Notes under the pieces: model-generated
Database searches by the model: none
Told to the model about the DNA's origin: nothing
The model's input: the letters and a program-made list of their open reading frames with translations, nothing else
In this document: positions 47,601 to 57,500 of the stretch, in pieces
Layout: every line of letters begins with the position of its first letter
How positions within the stretch are numbered: the first letter of the stretch is position 1
Made by a program: the position numbers and the translations under genes
Virus record (IMG/VR): IMGVR_UViG_3300032893_002794
DNA: 64,000 bases
Source: an uncultured virus (IMG/VR IMGVR_UViG_3300032893_002794)
Lineage: Duplodnaviria > Heunggongvirae > Uroviricota > Caudoviricetes
Direction: 5' to 3' (one strand)

Positions 47601-49538
47601 CCGCCTGACGAGGGCGGCGACGATTTTCTTGTGGTCGGCAGTAAGGGGGCTCCCCGAGGCGACCTTCTTGGCGAGGGCGTCGGCCACTCGCTGGTTCGCG
47701 GTGTTCTTCTTGCGGGCGGAGGCGATCTTGCCGGCTAGGCATGCGCCCACGAAGGCTCCGTGCATGACGGATAGTCCTGCCGGGGTCTTCTCGTAGAGGT
47801 CGCCGTGCACGACCTTGACCTGGTGGAGGATCTGAGCGACGTGCTTGACGTCGCGGAGCTCCTCCTTGGAGAGGGACTCTCCGTTGGCGATCTTGTCGTA
47901 GAGGCCGGAGGCCCTGCGCAGGAGCCCCGCCTTGTCGAGGGCGTTCCGCACCACGGTAGCGACGGGGGTGGGCTTCTCGTGCCCCATGAGGGACTCGCAG
48001 GCGCCCGCTTGGTCGGCCTTCGGGTAGAGCTCGCCCCTGATCGATGCTTCGATGGCCGCGAGCTGGGCCTCGGTGGCGGCCGCCTGGGCCTGGGCGGCGG
48101 AGACTGCCTCGGCGGCGGACTTGGTCTTCTGCGCCTGGGCGAGCACCTCCTGGCGCCTGGCGAGCTTTTTCTGGAGCTCAGCGTTCTGCTTCCAGCGATC
48201 GACCTCCTCGTCCTTGAGCTTGCGCTCCTCGTTCGTCTTGAACCAGTACGCGGGGTTGAGCTTGTGCACCCACGCCCCGGAGTCGTCGCCTGAGACGGCG
48301 GCGCCCTGGCGGAGCAGCACGGCGTACACTTTCTTCGCGCGCGGGTGGCCGCCCTTGGCGAGGGTGGCGAGCACGGCCACCTCGCCGGCGGACAGTGGCT
48401 TCCCCGTCCGCATCTTGATCGCGGCGACCTCGACGAGCTCGTCCTCCTTGGTTGGCTTCGGCGGGCCGCCCGACAAGATCTCCGTCGCGAAGGCCCCTAG
48501 GGAGTCCTCGCCGCCGATGCCGCTTGCGGCGTCACCCTGGGAGTAGTCGGGCGGATAGGCGTCCGGCGGGTAGGCGTCGGGCGCGGCGGCCGCCTGCGAG
48601 GGGTCGTACTGCATGCTGTCGGCCGCGTAGCTCGCGAGCGACTGGTCGTACGCCGACGGCGCTGTGGGGATGCCGTCGGGACCGACGTCCGATCGCTCGG
48701 GGGCGGTCTCCTTGATGATGGTCTGCGATCGGCCGAAAAACCAGGACATCGGGTTCCACCAGGAGCCGCACACGTCCGATCCCAAGATCTCGGCACCGAG
48801 CACGTCCGCTCCGCTCACGATCGTGCTCGTGGGCAGACCTCCGGCGGCGATCTGCTGCTTTGCCCACGGCTTCGACGCCTCCACGTAGGAGCTCATCGCT
48901 TGCACGGGTCGGCCGGCGTTCTTGTCACTGATCGCGAGGAAATTTGCGTGCTCTCTCGTGAGCTTGCCGTAGAGGGAGCGCACGAGCTTGGCCTTGCCGC
49001 GGTCGCGGCCCGGCACGAAGCGCATGGCAGCGCCGCCGATCTTCTTGGCGACCGACAGCGGGGCCGTGGCCCCTCGCTTGGCGAGGCGGCCAGCTCGGCG
49101 GGCGGCTCGCTTGAGGCTGCCGAAACCGAAGCCGATGTCTGAGTCTCTTCCCATGCGCTCCATCTTCTCTTCGTGGTCCATGTCGTCTCCGTAGACTGCG
49201 TCGTCCAGTACTTCGTCCATTGCCTTGTAACCCTGTCTCGAGTGGTCGATGAGGTCGGCCTGGTGCTCGGCCTCGTCGACGCGAGTGAGACCTTCGAGGG
49301 GGATCTCCTCCAAGATCTGCCGCTCATTAGCCGACAGCGGCCGCATCGTCTCCACGACGGCCGAGGCCTCTCCGGGGGACATGTCGTCCCGGAGGGCCTC
49401 GAAGGCGGCGTCGTCGTCGGTGTCGTCCGGCAGGTCGGCGTCAGCCGGCGTGAGGAGAGCGTCCGTGCCGTACCTGTTCTGGTCGATCTCCGGGTCGTCC
49501 TCCACGAGGGAGGTGACCTCGTATTCGTCTCTTGCCAT
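44685..49538 (-). CDS. very large Ala/Lys/Arg-rich helical protein, putative internal virion protein or polyprotein
   Basis: 1617 aa; acidic N-terminus, repeated AxxGDxxA helices, two C-terminal ~55-aa repeats. Confidence 0.75.
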   Translation of the reverse strand: MARDEYEVTSLVEDDPEIDQNRYGTDALLTPADADLPDDTDDDAAFEALRDDMSPGEASAVVETMRPLSANERQILEEIPLEGLTRVDEAEHQADLIDHSRQGYKAMDEVLDDAVYGDDMDHEEKMERMGRDSDIGFGFGSLKRAARRAGRLAKRGATAPLSVAKKIGGAAMRFVPGRDRGKAKLVRSLYGKLTREHANFLAISDKNAGRPVQAMSSYVEASKPWAKQQIAAGGLPTSTIVSGADVLGAEILGSDVCGSWWNPMSWFFGRSQTIIKETAPERSDVGPDGIPTAPSAYDQSLASYAADSMQYDPSQAAAAPDAYPPDAYPPDYSQGDAASGIGGEDSLGAFATEILSGGPPKPTKEDELVEVAAIKMRTGKPLSAGEVAVLATLAKGGHPRAKKVYAVLLRQGAAVSGDDSGAWVHKLNPAYWFKTNEERKLKDEEVDRWKQNAELQKKLARRQEVLAQAQKTKSAAEAVSAAQAQAAATEAQLAAIEASIRGELYPKADQAGACESLMGHEKPTPVATVVRNALDKAGLLRRASGLYDKIANGESLSKEELRDVKHVAQILHQVKVVHGDLYEKTPAGLSVMHGAFVGACLAGKIASARKKNTANQRVADALAKKVASGSPLTADHKKIVAALVRRTADLQGVVRSCAKRGAFTGLDREKSLRSAVVLGAASAAMTPAEKQMLVAIQKLAAAGNPRAKKSLEMLRASGQIVGGDHVGMSFAEAFKYAAAPVVLPAKAIGKGLKWTGQKMGIVSRGSASPEQVRLARMRAASKRRAAAAARARAADAQTEAELRAQQSIASAADAEADAADAEALAKEAAMRTAEKEADPDAGDTSDDTSGSFVGSWEAFVGKEHEKVIKKAAESSPTGQKLRAGASLYVRARGGDKRATRAIAVMTAKSKRGDPQAKADLAAVKVGRRAVVAREKARRAEARKLAAVARKKKVIAAQRRLEARAANKLARMERKHELRKLAKVERRAASGDKRSRAFVASQVALAKRGDKRAKSRVEKMTLARQVRLAAPSKRERRNLVQAGRLYSRAQKGDPRARRQIRVFEVAAKHGDPNAKRAVKRLKIAKAVEAAVATGAIVTTVAVAKSRKQKKEDRRTVARVKTKMRAGTASREELAAGARAAKAIGDERTAGEMAMAAASAPAATEQIRSAAAVVSAKQSGNAKAKEVLTSDLEAAKTGDPAAITRTGNVVAANTIDDIQHGRPVSPAMRDAINLQARAAEGDPTARGEIDRITTAATSPDPSPEATAAAVTLAAAAVTAKALASKPKAREELLQQVNEMPAADRPAAESELALLEKKADDGTITADEGQRAVKLAERLGKPKVAADIASKAPPIDRDTPLSSLPDMAQPPITGAVSLVRESLRALTLSTRDPLANYREGIDSRSQVKPVTTTLGWSPFDWFRRHPLVAPATAFAASATSLLSAVSAQKQPKPAAPAAPAAPAAPAAPAKASKPSPYAETEPKPSPYADADSSGSGESSSDLLRSAVRSKRMSRTDFNKVVAERACDASTKDEKIALGKMLYQYLSEKGVKLSDPSSAVGADKTFKDYVSEALGQKKMSKRDFGRAVDLQAGPGATPQTRQAVGKKVIEFLSKRGVEVES

Positions 49539-49557
49539 TTTTCTCTTCCTCTTCGAG

Positions 49558-50085
49558 CTATATGGTCAGCCGGGACGGTCTCGACCCCGGCAGGTAGAGC
49601 GAGATGCCGTGCTCCGCCATGGTGTCGTCGACGGCCTTCTTCGCGAGGTAGAAGTGCTTGGTGGTGGGCCGGCTCGCGCCGGACATCTTGGCGAGTCGGT
49701 TCGCCTGGCGCAGGACTGCCACGCGGTAGTCGTCGTGGGCGATCTCGGTCTGGATGGGCATCTCGTAGCCGAGCGAGAATGATTGCGACCGGTTGAAGAC
49801 TCCGGATTGTTTGAGGACCTCGAGGGTGCGCCTGGCCTGGGGGTCGCCCCGCCGGGCGAGCCTCTCGAGCAGGGCGACCTTCTTCTTGATCTCACCGAGC
49901 TTGCGCCTCGCGCGAGGGTCGCCGGCGTCGGCGCTCACCTTGGTGGCGGCGACGTCAGAGACCATCTTCATCTCGTCGGCCGTGAGGCGGAAGTCCACCT
50001 CGTCCGAGAGGGCGATCTTGGGCCTCGTGGCCGCGCCGCGGGCCCAGTTCCGCCTGGTGGTGCCGAATATGAGGTCGCGGGCCAC
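49558..50085 (-). CDS. protein with MARDLIFGTTRRNW leader and AxxGDPxA repeats
   Basis: shared leader and helical repeats. Confidence 0.7.
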   Translation of the reverse strand: MARDLIFGTTRRNWARGAATRPKIALSDEVDFRLTADEMKMVSDVAATKVSADAGDPRARRKLGEIKKKVALLERLARRGDPQARRTLEVLKQSGVFNRSQSFSLGYEMPIQTEIAHDDYRVAVLRQANRLAKMSGASRPTTKHFYLAKKAVDDTMAEHGISLYLPGSRPSRLTI

Positions 50086-50087
50086 GG

Positions 50088-51221
50088 CTACGCCTCGCTC
50101 GCCTTTAGGGTGCGGCCGAAGGCTCCGATATCCTCCAAGATTTGCAGGTTGCGGCGGGCTTTCTCGTTGCCGCTCTTGGCTTGCTCGATCAGGTGGGGCA
50201 CCTCCCTGCGGAGCTCGCGCATCTTCCGCTGGGCAGCCACGTCACCCGCCTCGGCAGCCTGCTTGGTCGCCAAGATCTTGTTGACCATGGATCGCTCGTC
50301 CCGCGTGAGGGCGGGCTTCGGACCGGAGGCGCGGGCCTCCTGGAGGTCGCCGCTTGAGCCGGACCTGCGCAGCTTCGCGAGCGCGGCGGCCGCGCGGGCG
50401 TCGCCTGCCTTGGCCCTCTCCTTGAGCTCCTCGAGGGCCTCGCCGGTGGGAGCGTCCCCGCTGACGTGGGACCAGTGCGAGTTGTAGCCGCTCGTCGAGG
50501 CCGGGAGCCTCCGGCGCAGCGCCTGACGGTCGGAGCGGCTGCCCTCGCGGGCGGCGCATACCTCGTCGTCGCCAACGAAGGAGCCCAAGATCTCGTCGCG
50601 GCCGACGAAGGCGTGGGCGAGCGGCCTGGTCGTGGCGGAGAACACCCGCTCTGTCAGGTCGATGGGGAGGGTGACCAGCTTCTTGGCCACCTTGGAGGTC
50701 GTGCTGAGTGCGGAGCTGGCGACTGACCCGAGCTGGTCGTCACCCATGATGGTGACACCCATGTATTTGAAGCTGTTGACCAAGTTGCGAGCAGCCATCT
50801 CCCGATCGCCAGGTCGCAGGGTGTTGAGATATTTCACCATGTCGGCTTTGGTGATCTGCTTGGTCTTGAAGGCGGGTACGATGTACTTGTCCGCGGCAGC
50901 ACTCGTTTTTTGGATGTGGGCTGGAGACTGAACATCCGTGCTGTCGTCCGGAAAGACATCGTCGCCCATGATCTCCTCGAGGCCGAGTATCTCGTCTCGT
51001 CCCATGATCTCCTCGCGCCCGAGCACGTCACCGTGTTGCAGCACGCTCGCGAAGTTGGACTTCGACAGGGCCTCGGGGACGACGGAGGCTGCCCGGCGGA
51101 GACCGCGTCCCGTCGCCCTCGCTCCCCGCTTGATGCCCCGGTAGGCAGATCGGAGGGGGTTCCACCCGATCTCCTCGAGTCCCAAGATCTCGTCTCGTCC
51201 CATTATCTCTGTTCTCGGCAT
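50088..51221 (-). CDS. protein with repeated (E)I(M/L)G motifs and AxxGDxxA helices
   Basis: EIMGRDEILGLEEI occurs twice, RDEILG three times. Confidence 0.7.
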   Translation of the reverse strand: MPRTEIMGRDEILGLEEIGWNPLRSAYRGIKRGARATGRGLRRAASVVPEALSKSNFASVLQHGDVLGREEIMGRDEILGLEEIMGDDVFPDDSTDVQSPAHIQKTSAAADKYIVPAFKTKQITKADMVKYLNTLRPGDREMAARNLVNSFKYMGVTIMGDDQLGSVASSALSTTSKVAKKLVTLPIDLTERVFSATTRPLAHAFVGRDEILGSFVGDDEVCAAREGSRSDRQALRRRLPASTSGYNSHWSHVSGDAPTGEALEELKERAKAGDARAAAALAKLRRSGSSGDLQEARASGPKPALTRDERSMVNKILATKQAAEAGDVAAQRKMRELRREVPHLIEQAKSGNEKARRNLQILEDIGAFGRTLKASEA

Positions 51222-51230
51222 TGTGGTCTC

Positions 51231-51473
51231 CTAGCTGTCGGTTCTGATCGCCACCTCGGCTTGCGAGGGGGCCGTCTTCTCTTCTCTGTTGGCGGGCGAC
51301 ACGAGCGCCCGGAGCGCCCGGGCGAGGCTGCGCCACCTCCCCGGGGGGTTGTCGACGTGGCACCTCGACTGGCACTTCCGCAGGGAGTCCTTGATCGTGG
51401 TCACCGTCCTGGCGATGCCTGCCACCATGTCCTTGAGCTCTCGTATTTCCTGCTCGATGTTTATTGAGGCCAC
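51231..51473 (-). CDS. hypothetical protein
   Basis: GAGGAG RBS, coiled-coil, CQSRC. Confidence 0.55.
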   Translation of the reverse strand: MASINIEQEIRELKDMVAGIARTVTTIKDSLRKCQSRCHVDNPPGRWRSLARALRALVSPANREEKTAPSQAEVAIRTDS

Positions 51474-51483
51474 GTACTGCTCC

Positions 51484-52056
51484 TCAGAAGATGTGGTTCG
51501 ACCTGCGGAAGTTGGCGGTGGTCGCCGCGAATTTTTGCCTTACCTTGGGGTCAGCCGCCCACGAGGCGACGCCGGCATCGCCGGCGAGGTGACCCGCGGC
51601 GAGGAGTCCCGATAGCGTCGCCTTCTCGCCGTCGATGTCGGAGCCCACGAGCCGAGACACCTTCGGGGCGAGCCTGCGCATCGACCGCGAGAAGGCCTCG
51701 TACTGAGCGGGGGTGCTCGCCAAGAACTTGTCCCTGTCGAGGGGAGCTGTCCACTCGCCCACCCACACGCCGGACTCTCCGCAGACGGACTCCTTGTGGG
51801 CGCCCCTCATGAACCCGACGTCGGCGAGGCGGCGGGCGTCCATGCCGAAGTGACCCATGCGCCCGCGCGGGGTGACGGTGCCTCGGGGTAGCACGACTAT
51901 GGTCGCGACGAACTTCTCCCACGCGAGCGAGGGGACGCCGGGCAGGGGCGACTTCTTCTCGGGCGGCAGCATCGAGAGGCCGCGCCGGGAGCTGCTGAAG
52001 GCCGCTCCCAGCAGGAACGAGAAGACGGCTGACGGTATGAGTATGACGGGGTGCAT
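51484..52056 (-). CDS. membrane-anchored lysozyme-fold (transglycosylase-like) protein
   Basis: GHFGM...L.DVG, FLASTPAQYEAF, IDG..ATLSGLLAAGHLAG..GV; N-terminal TM; the usual catalytic Glu is not evident. Confidence 0.55.
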   Translation of the reverse strand: MHPVILIPSAVFSFLLGAAFSSSRRGLSMLPPEKKSPLPGVPSLAWEKFVATIVVLPRGTVTPRGRMGHFGMDARRLADVGFMRGAHKESVCGESGVWVGEWTAPLDRDKFLASTPAQYEAFSRSMRRLAPKVSRLVGSDIDGEKATLSGLLAAGHLAGDAGVASWAADPKVRQKFAATTANFRRSNHIF

Positions 52057-52331
52057 CAGATCGCGCTCGGCGGGTAGAGCCCCTCGTACTTGAGAGCTGT
52101 CATGATCTGGACTATCTGGGAGTTGTCCGGGTACTTCCTCTCCAGGTCGGCGACCAGCGAGTCTAGGCTCTTGAGCTTGAGGAGGGCCTCGCGGTCGCCC
52201 TTCTTGGCCTTTTCACGGAGGCCCAAGATCTTGCTCCTGAGCTCGACGATGGCCCTGCTCGTGGTCAACTGCCGGTAGACGAGCACCTTGTATGCCAGCA
52301 GGGCTCCTAGACCTCCGATTATCCACCACAT
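52056..52331 (-). CDS. small N-terminal TM protein
   Basis: MWWIIGGLGALLAY; AKKGDREA; AAGGAG RBS. Confidence 0.65.
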   Translation of the reverse strand: MWWIIGGLGALLAYKVLVYRQLTTSRAIVELRSKILGLREKAKKGDREALLKLKSLDSLVADLERKYPDNSQIVQIMTALKYEGLYPPSAI

Positions 52332-52342
52332 GATCTTCTCCT

Positions 52343-52660
52343 TTACACGAAGACTTCGACCGGTGTGCCCTGACCGTAGACCTGCCCCACCACGGTGTTG
52401 GAGGTGACGTCGTCCGTGCGGGGGCTCGTGGGCGAGCCGCCGCCGGCGCTCACGTCGAGACCGGCTACCTGCGTTGGTCCGACGGTGACGGGCTGGTCGA
52501 CGGAGAGCTGGCCGTCGCCCTGGTCGGCGGCGTCCACGAGCTGTCCCGCGTTCGACGAGGGGGAGGTCGTGACGGGTTGGTCGACGGTGAGAAGACCGTC
52601 GCCCTGGTCGGCCACGTTGACGAGGCCCGGGTTCGTGACGTCTGCTGGGTTCTGCGGCAT
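52343..52660 (-). CDS. low-complexity repeat protein related to 62690-63652
   Basis: two LVxxADQGDGxLxVDQPVT repeats; DVTNPGLV shared; promoter-like TTGACA near 52806-52811 on the minus strand. Confidence 0.6.
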   Translation of the reverse strand: MPQNPADVTNPGLVNVADQGDGLLTVDQPVTTSPSSNAGQLVDAADQGDGQLSVDQPVTVGPTQVAGLDVSAGGGSPTSPRTDDVTSNTVVGQVYGQGTPVEVFV

Positions 52661-52826
52661 GCGGACACTCCTCTGCGAGGGGGTACTGTGGAGGGGGCGT
52701 CTCGGCGTGAGAGCCTCGCGGTGTCCACCCGGTAGAAGCGAAGGTTCGGGGAGACCGCTCGGGCCGCAGAGCTAATGCAAGTAGACTACAGCCGCTCGGG
52801 GAGGGTGTCAACTACCGATCGAGCTC

Positions 52827-53264
52827 TCACACGGCTCGCAGCGGAGGCTGCTCGTCTCTGGTGCCCGCGGGGAGCGTGTAGAAGGGCTTCAAGGCGACGA
52901 GGTCGTCCACGGTTAAGGCCCTCTCGATCACGCCGAGGGGCAGGGGCACGACAGGGATCTCGACCTCCACCTTGTGGAGATCGGCGATCTTGCTGTTGTA
53001 CTCAGCGAGGCGATCGGGAGGGACGACGGTTATCGCGGGATTGTCCTTGTGTCGCTTCCCGTCGCAGTCTTCGAGCACCGACCTCAGGCACTTCTCGTAG
53101 TCGGCGACGGCGGCGTCGAGCGCCTCCACGAGGCGGGCGATCTGGAGCCGGTCGACGATGGGAGAGTCAGGTCCGACCAGCCGCAAGTGGGTGAGAGCGC
53201 TGCCCGTGGTATCGCAGCGAGACATCCGCAGGCGATCTACGTCCCCGAGAGTGATCTTGACCAT
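52827..53264 (-). CDS. phage-type protein typically adjacent to fibre genes (DUF1617-like)
   Basis: EYNSKIADLHKVEVEI...LTVDDLVALKPF. Confidence 0.55.
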   Translation of the reverse strand: MVKITLGDVDRLRMSRCDTTGSALTHLRLVGPDSPIVDRLQIARLVEALDAAVADYEKCLRSVLEDCDGKRHKDNPAITVVPPDRLAEYNSKIADLHKVEVEIPVVPLPLGVIERALTVDDLVALKPFYTLPAGTRDEQPPLRAV

Positions 53265-53321
53265 AGACCGGTAAGCTACACGCGCCGTCAGCGGCTAGTC
53301 AATACTATTTGGGGCAGCGTC

Positions 53322-53750
53322 TTAAGGTCCGTCAATCTCGTAGAAAAACGAGATCCTGATGGTGCGAGTCGTAGTGTTGTTCTGATCGGATCCCGTGGCA
53401 GCCGACGTCTGAGTAGCAGATGTCTGCTGGTAGAGTGCGCCCGCGGTAGCGCTCGGATCGATCTGGATGAATATCTGGGTCTCCTGCGTGCCGTTGTGGA
53501 AGTGTCCACCCGGCTTGAAGTCCGTGATCATGTTTGCACCGGCGGCGATCGGCAGAGCGACGTTCAAGTTTCCGGTGCCGGCTCCGTTGTTGCCAGTGGG
53601 GCCGTTGCACCAGACCTCGACGAATACGATGTTGCCGCTGCGGCAGTACCTGCCGACGTTGGTCGCGTATTGCGGGACCACGTTGCCGGTGCCGCCCACG
53701 AGCGTTATCGTCGGTGCGAACACCAACCACTGTGGATTCAAGTACGACAT
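53322..53750 (-). CDS. fibre-tip-like beta protein
   Basis: FAPTIT..GRYCRSGNIVFV..LPIAA..ISFFYEI. Confidence 0.6.
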   Translation of the reverse strand: MSYLNPQWLVFAPTITLVGGTGNVVPQYATNVGRYCRSGNIVFVEVWCNGPTGNNGAGTGNLNVALPIAAGANMITDFKPGGHFHNGTQETQIFIQIDPSATAGALYQQTSATQTSAATGSDQNNTTTRTIRISFFYEIDGP

Positions 53751-53771
53751 CGAACGTCCTCCCTATCTTCC

Positions 53772-54218
53772 TCACAACAGTTCTTGGAGCGTGGCCTCGA
53801 TGTTGCCAGCCCCCACGGACGTGTTGCCCGAGTTGCGGGCAGCCTGCAAGTCGAACCAGTAGGAGACACCAACAGTTAGTCCCGTCACGATGACGGTGCG
53901 GTAGATCGCCGCAGGTGTCGAGCTAGCTGCCACCACCGAGCCTCCCGCGTAGGTCCCGCCGACTACAGTGCCTGCGGCTGCAGCTCCGTTACTGGGTGCT
54001 GTCCCCGATCCGTAGCACAGCTTGAAGTTGTTCGTGCCTGCCGATCCGACACCACTCGGGTAGAAGCAGATCGTGAGCTGGACCTTGCCGCTTTTCACGG
54101 GGGTGATAGAGATCGAGCTCCCGAGCCCGAACATCGTGTACGAAGTAGATGTCAAATTTGCGGGACTCGATGGCGTCAGGTACTTGGGGGCTGCACCTCC
54201 AGGAAAGTACGACATCAC
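53772..54218 (-). CDS. beta-rich virion/fibre-associated protein
   Basis: S/T/G-rich; VTGLTVGVSYWFDLQ. Confidence 0.6.
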   Translation of the reverse strand: MMSYFPGGAAPKYLTPSSPANLTSTSYTMFGLGSSISITPVKSGKVQLTICFYPSGVGSAGTNNFKLCYGSGTAPSNGAAAAGTVVGGTYAGGSVVAASSTPAAIYRTVIVTGLTVGVSYWFDLQAARNSGNTSVGAGNIEATLQELL

Positions 54219-54577
54219 GTCAGTCCTGTGCCGAACACTCCGAGGGTGGCGCAGGCTGACTCGGCGGCGCTGCGCTTGGCCGACCCGTGCAGGGTGCCGA
54301 CCGCCGCGACGAGTGCCGTGTAGGCACCGGACAGCACGACCTGCGCCACAGTCACCTTGTCGGAAGACTTGAGAGGAGTTGCTTTGAGGATGAGGACGTC
54401 GCTAGCGATGTTGTCGTAGATCTGCAAGGTAGCTGCGTAGTACAGCAATCCGTCATTGTCCTCGAGGTGGACGTCCAATTGAGCGCGAGGTGGAGTGTCG
54501 TCCTCGCAGTTCGTGAGCTTGTCGACTGCTATCTTGGTGACGTTTTTCAATTGTATGGGAGCGGCGAGAGTTCTCAT
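54215..54577 (-). CDS. hypothetical protein
   Basis: ATGA-type overlaps on both sides. Confidence 0.55.
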   Translation of the reverse strand: MRTLAAPIQLKNVTKIAVDKLTNCEDDTPPRAQLDVHLEDNDGLLYYAATLQIYDNIASDVLILKATPLKSSDKVTVAQVVLSGAYTALVAAVGTLHGSAKRSAAESACATLGVFGTGLT

Positions 54578-57500
54578 AAGATCTCCCAGTTCGACGTTGT
54601 GGTGTTGGCCTTGAGCCAGATTGCCGAGCCGTTGACGTTCTGGACGTAGTTGGCAGCGACGTTGTTGATCTTGTCCGATCCGCTGCGCACGAGGGTGATG
54701 TTGTTGGCGGCGCAGTTGTAGCCGCTGTCGATGGAGATGAGCACTCTTGGGTTTCCCGCTGCCATGCCAGAGATGGCGGGCAGGTTGATGGATATCGATC
54801 CAGTCGCCGTGTAGTGGACCTCGAGCGCGTAGTCCGTGTCGAGAACGGTGTAGGGGCCGGCCGAGTTGACGTACGTCGCATTGATGGCCTGGCCACCTGC
54901 CAGCCTCGTGTTTCCCTGCACGTCGAGCGCCCAGTTGCGAGTGGCCGAGGCGAGGGTGTCGAAGGTGGCAGCTCGAATGAGCACGTTCGAGTAGTCTGCG
55001 ATCACGCAGGTGTTGGCTGCCGAGATGTTGGGAGAGTCAAACTCGGCCATTCGCAGATTCGTGGGGTTTGACGAGCCCGTGAGCTGTAGAGTAGATCCGA
55101 CGACGTAAAATCCCTGCCAGCTCAGCGATGGACTGGCATTCAGAGTCTCGCCCGGGTCGACCGTGAAGACGTGTCCTATAGTCGGCACTGTACCGCTGCT
55201 GCCCGAGTTGCTGCGCGAGATCCCTACTCCGTACTGGTTTGCCGCCAGGACGGTGCCACCGTTGGCGATGATTCCGAGCTTTCCGGTAGATCCCGTCCCG
55301 GTGTGGTAGATGCCGGTGGCGGCGTCGCTGAAAAAGGATAGGGAGGGAGCGGCCACTGTGCCGTTCACGAGCGAGACGACCCCGACCCGATCAACCCTGA
55401 AGCGCTCGGCGGCCCCGAGCTGCATGTCTAGTAGATAGTGACTGCCGACGAGGGCCGTCTCGGTCGCGCTGACCATGATCCCCGTCACGGTGCCGTTGGC
55501 TCCGCCCGTCTGGTTGATGGTGTACGCGAACGTGCACTCGGTGTACGGCGTGCTGCCCGACGTGGGAGCGACAGTAGAGTTGACGGTGAGGGAGCCGGGC
55601 ACTCCCGACCCGTGGCCTGCTCCGAGATTGACTGTGACAGATCCTCCGGTGTGGTTACCGGCGCCGCCCGATCCGCCAGCGTCGCTGGCTATTATGATCC
55701 CGACGCCGTCGGCGTCGGCAGTGCCCTGCGTGGGGACCGAGATCGTGAGCAAGTTGTTCTTGGTCCCCGTGATAGCCGTCGTGACGCCCACGATGGTGCC
55801 CGCCATGGTAAATCCGGCGGTGAACGCGGGTCCGTTCGCGAGCACGATGGCTCCGCTGCCCGTCGTACCGGCTCCGGACAGAGTGCCGAGCGCCGTGAAT
55901 TGAGTCGACGTAAACGACGTCCCGGCGAGCACGATGTTGCCCGCAGCTCCCGAGCCGTGCCCTGCCCCGGGGGTCAAAGTGATGTTTCCGCCGGCGTGGT
56001 TGCCCGTGCCGCCGCTCCCGCCGGCGTCGCCTGCGATAGTGATCCCGACCCCGTCGCCGTCGTCGGTCCCACGCGTCGGCACCGAGATGGTGAGAGCTGT
56101 CGCCTTTGTGCCGGTGATCGCCGACGTGACGCCTGTCAAGGTGCCGCCGATCTGTACGCTCCCCTGGGCTATGATGGAGCCCGCGTGCCCGGTCCCGTGG
56201 CCGGCGCCCGGAGTGAGGTAGACGCTGCCTCCGTTGTGGTTGCCGGTGCCGCCGCTGCCGGCGTCACCGGACCGCAGCGTGATGCTCGCGCCGTCTATGT
56301 CGTACGTGCCGGCGCTGGGGTTCTCGATCGTGAAACCGAGAGTGGCACTGCCATATATGTGGAACACGCCCGTGAGGTCGCCGGACAAGTTGAGGTTGCC
56401 GAGTATCTGCGCGTCGCCTTCGATCGTGACTTTACCGTTGTTTCCGGAACCGGAGGCGCTGCCTGGATTGATCGAGATGCTCCCGCCGTCGTGGTTCCCG
56501 GTCCCACCGCTCCCGCCGTTTCCGGCGTAGAGATCTAGGCCGCCACCGTCGGCGTCGGCGCCGCCGCTGTCGGGTACCGAGATCGCCAGCTCGACGGTGG
56601 CAGTGCCCGTGATGTCAGTCGTCACTCCCGAGATGGTGCCGCCCAAGAAGGAGTTGCCCCTGACGGCGAGCGCGTAAGCGCCCGTGAACGAGGGACTCGT
56701 GCCGTCGACGACGAGGCCCCCGCCCTTCGCGTCGAGAAGCGCGAGCGTCTGGTCGGCGGCGACTGACCCTGCCGCATAGGACTGGGCGAGCGTGGGGGTG
56801 ACGGGCGCAGCGTCGTCGAGCTGGAGCCTCGCGCCCGCGGCGTTCGTCCAGTAGAGATGGGAAGCGTCCGCCTCGACGGCGCCCGGTTCTGGCACCGTTA
56901 AGACGACGCCCGAGGGGACCTTGAGTGGTGCTGTGCCGGCTGCCGCCGTGCCCGCGGCCGCGTGTACCCTGGCAGTAGCTGTCACGACCCCCGCGGCAAT
57001 GGACCCCGTGACCTGCTCGCTGCCCTTGACCGTGAGAGCGTAAGCGCCGGTGAAGGACACGCTCGTGCCGTCGACGACGAGGCCCCCGCCCTTCGCGTCG
57101 AGAAGCGCGAGCGTCTGGTCGGCGGCGACTGACCCTGCCGCATAGGACTGGGCGAGCGTGGGGGTGACGGGCGCAGCGTCGTCGAGCTGGAGCCTCGCGC
57201 CCGCGGCGTTCGTCCAGTAGAGATGGGAAGCGTCCGCCTCGACGGCGCCCGGTTCTGGCACCGTTAAGACGACGCCCGAGGGGACCTTGAGTGGTGCTGT
57301 GCCGGCTGCCGCCGTGCCCGCGGCCGCGTGTACCCTGGCAGTAGCTGTCACGACCCCCGCGGCAATGGACCCCGTGACCTGCTCGCTGCCCTTGACCGTG
57401 AGAGCGTAAGCGCCGGTGAAGGACACGCTCGTGCCGTCGACGACTAGACCCCCGCCCTTCGCGTCGAGAAGCGCGAGCGTCTGGTCGGCGGCGACTGACC

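Noticed and set aside
45574..47796. Long antisense or alternative-frame ORFs (692 aa +, 606 aa -), and similar shadows elsewhere (2165-3457, 60282-61373)
   Set aside because: Shadow frames of high-GC genes, with no RBS or recognisable motifs
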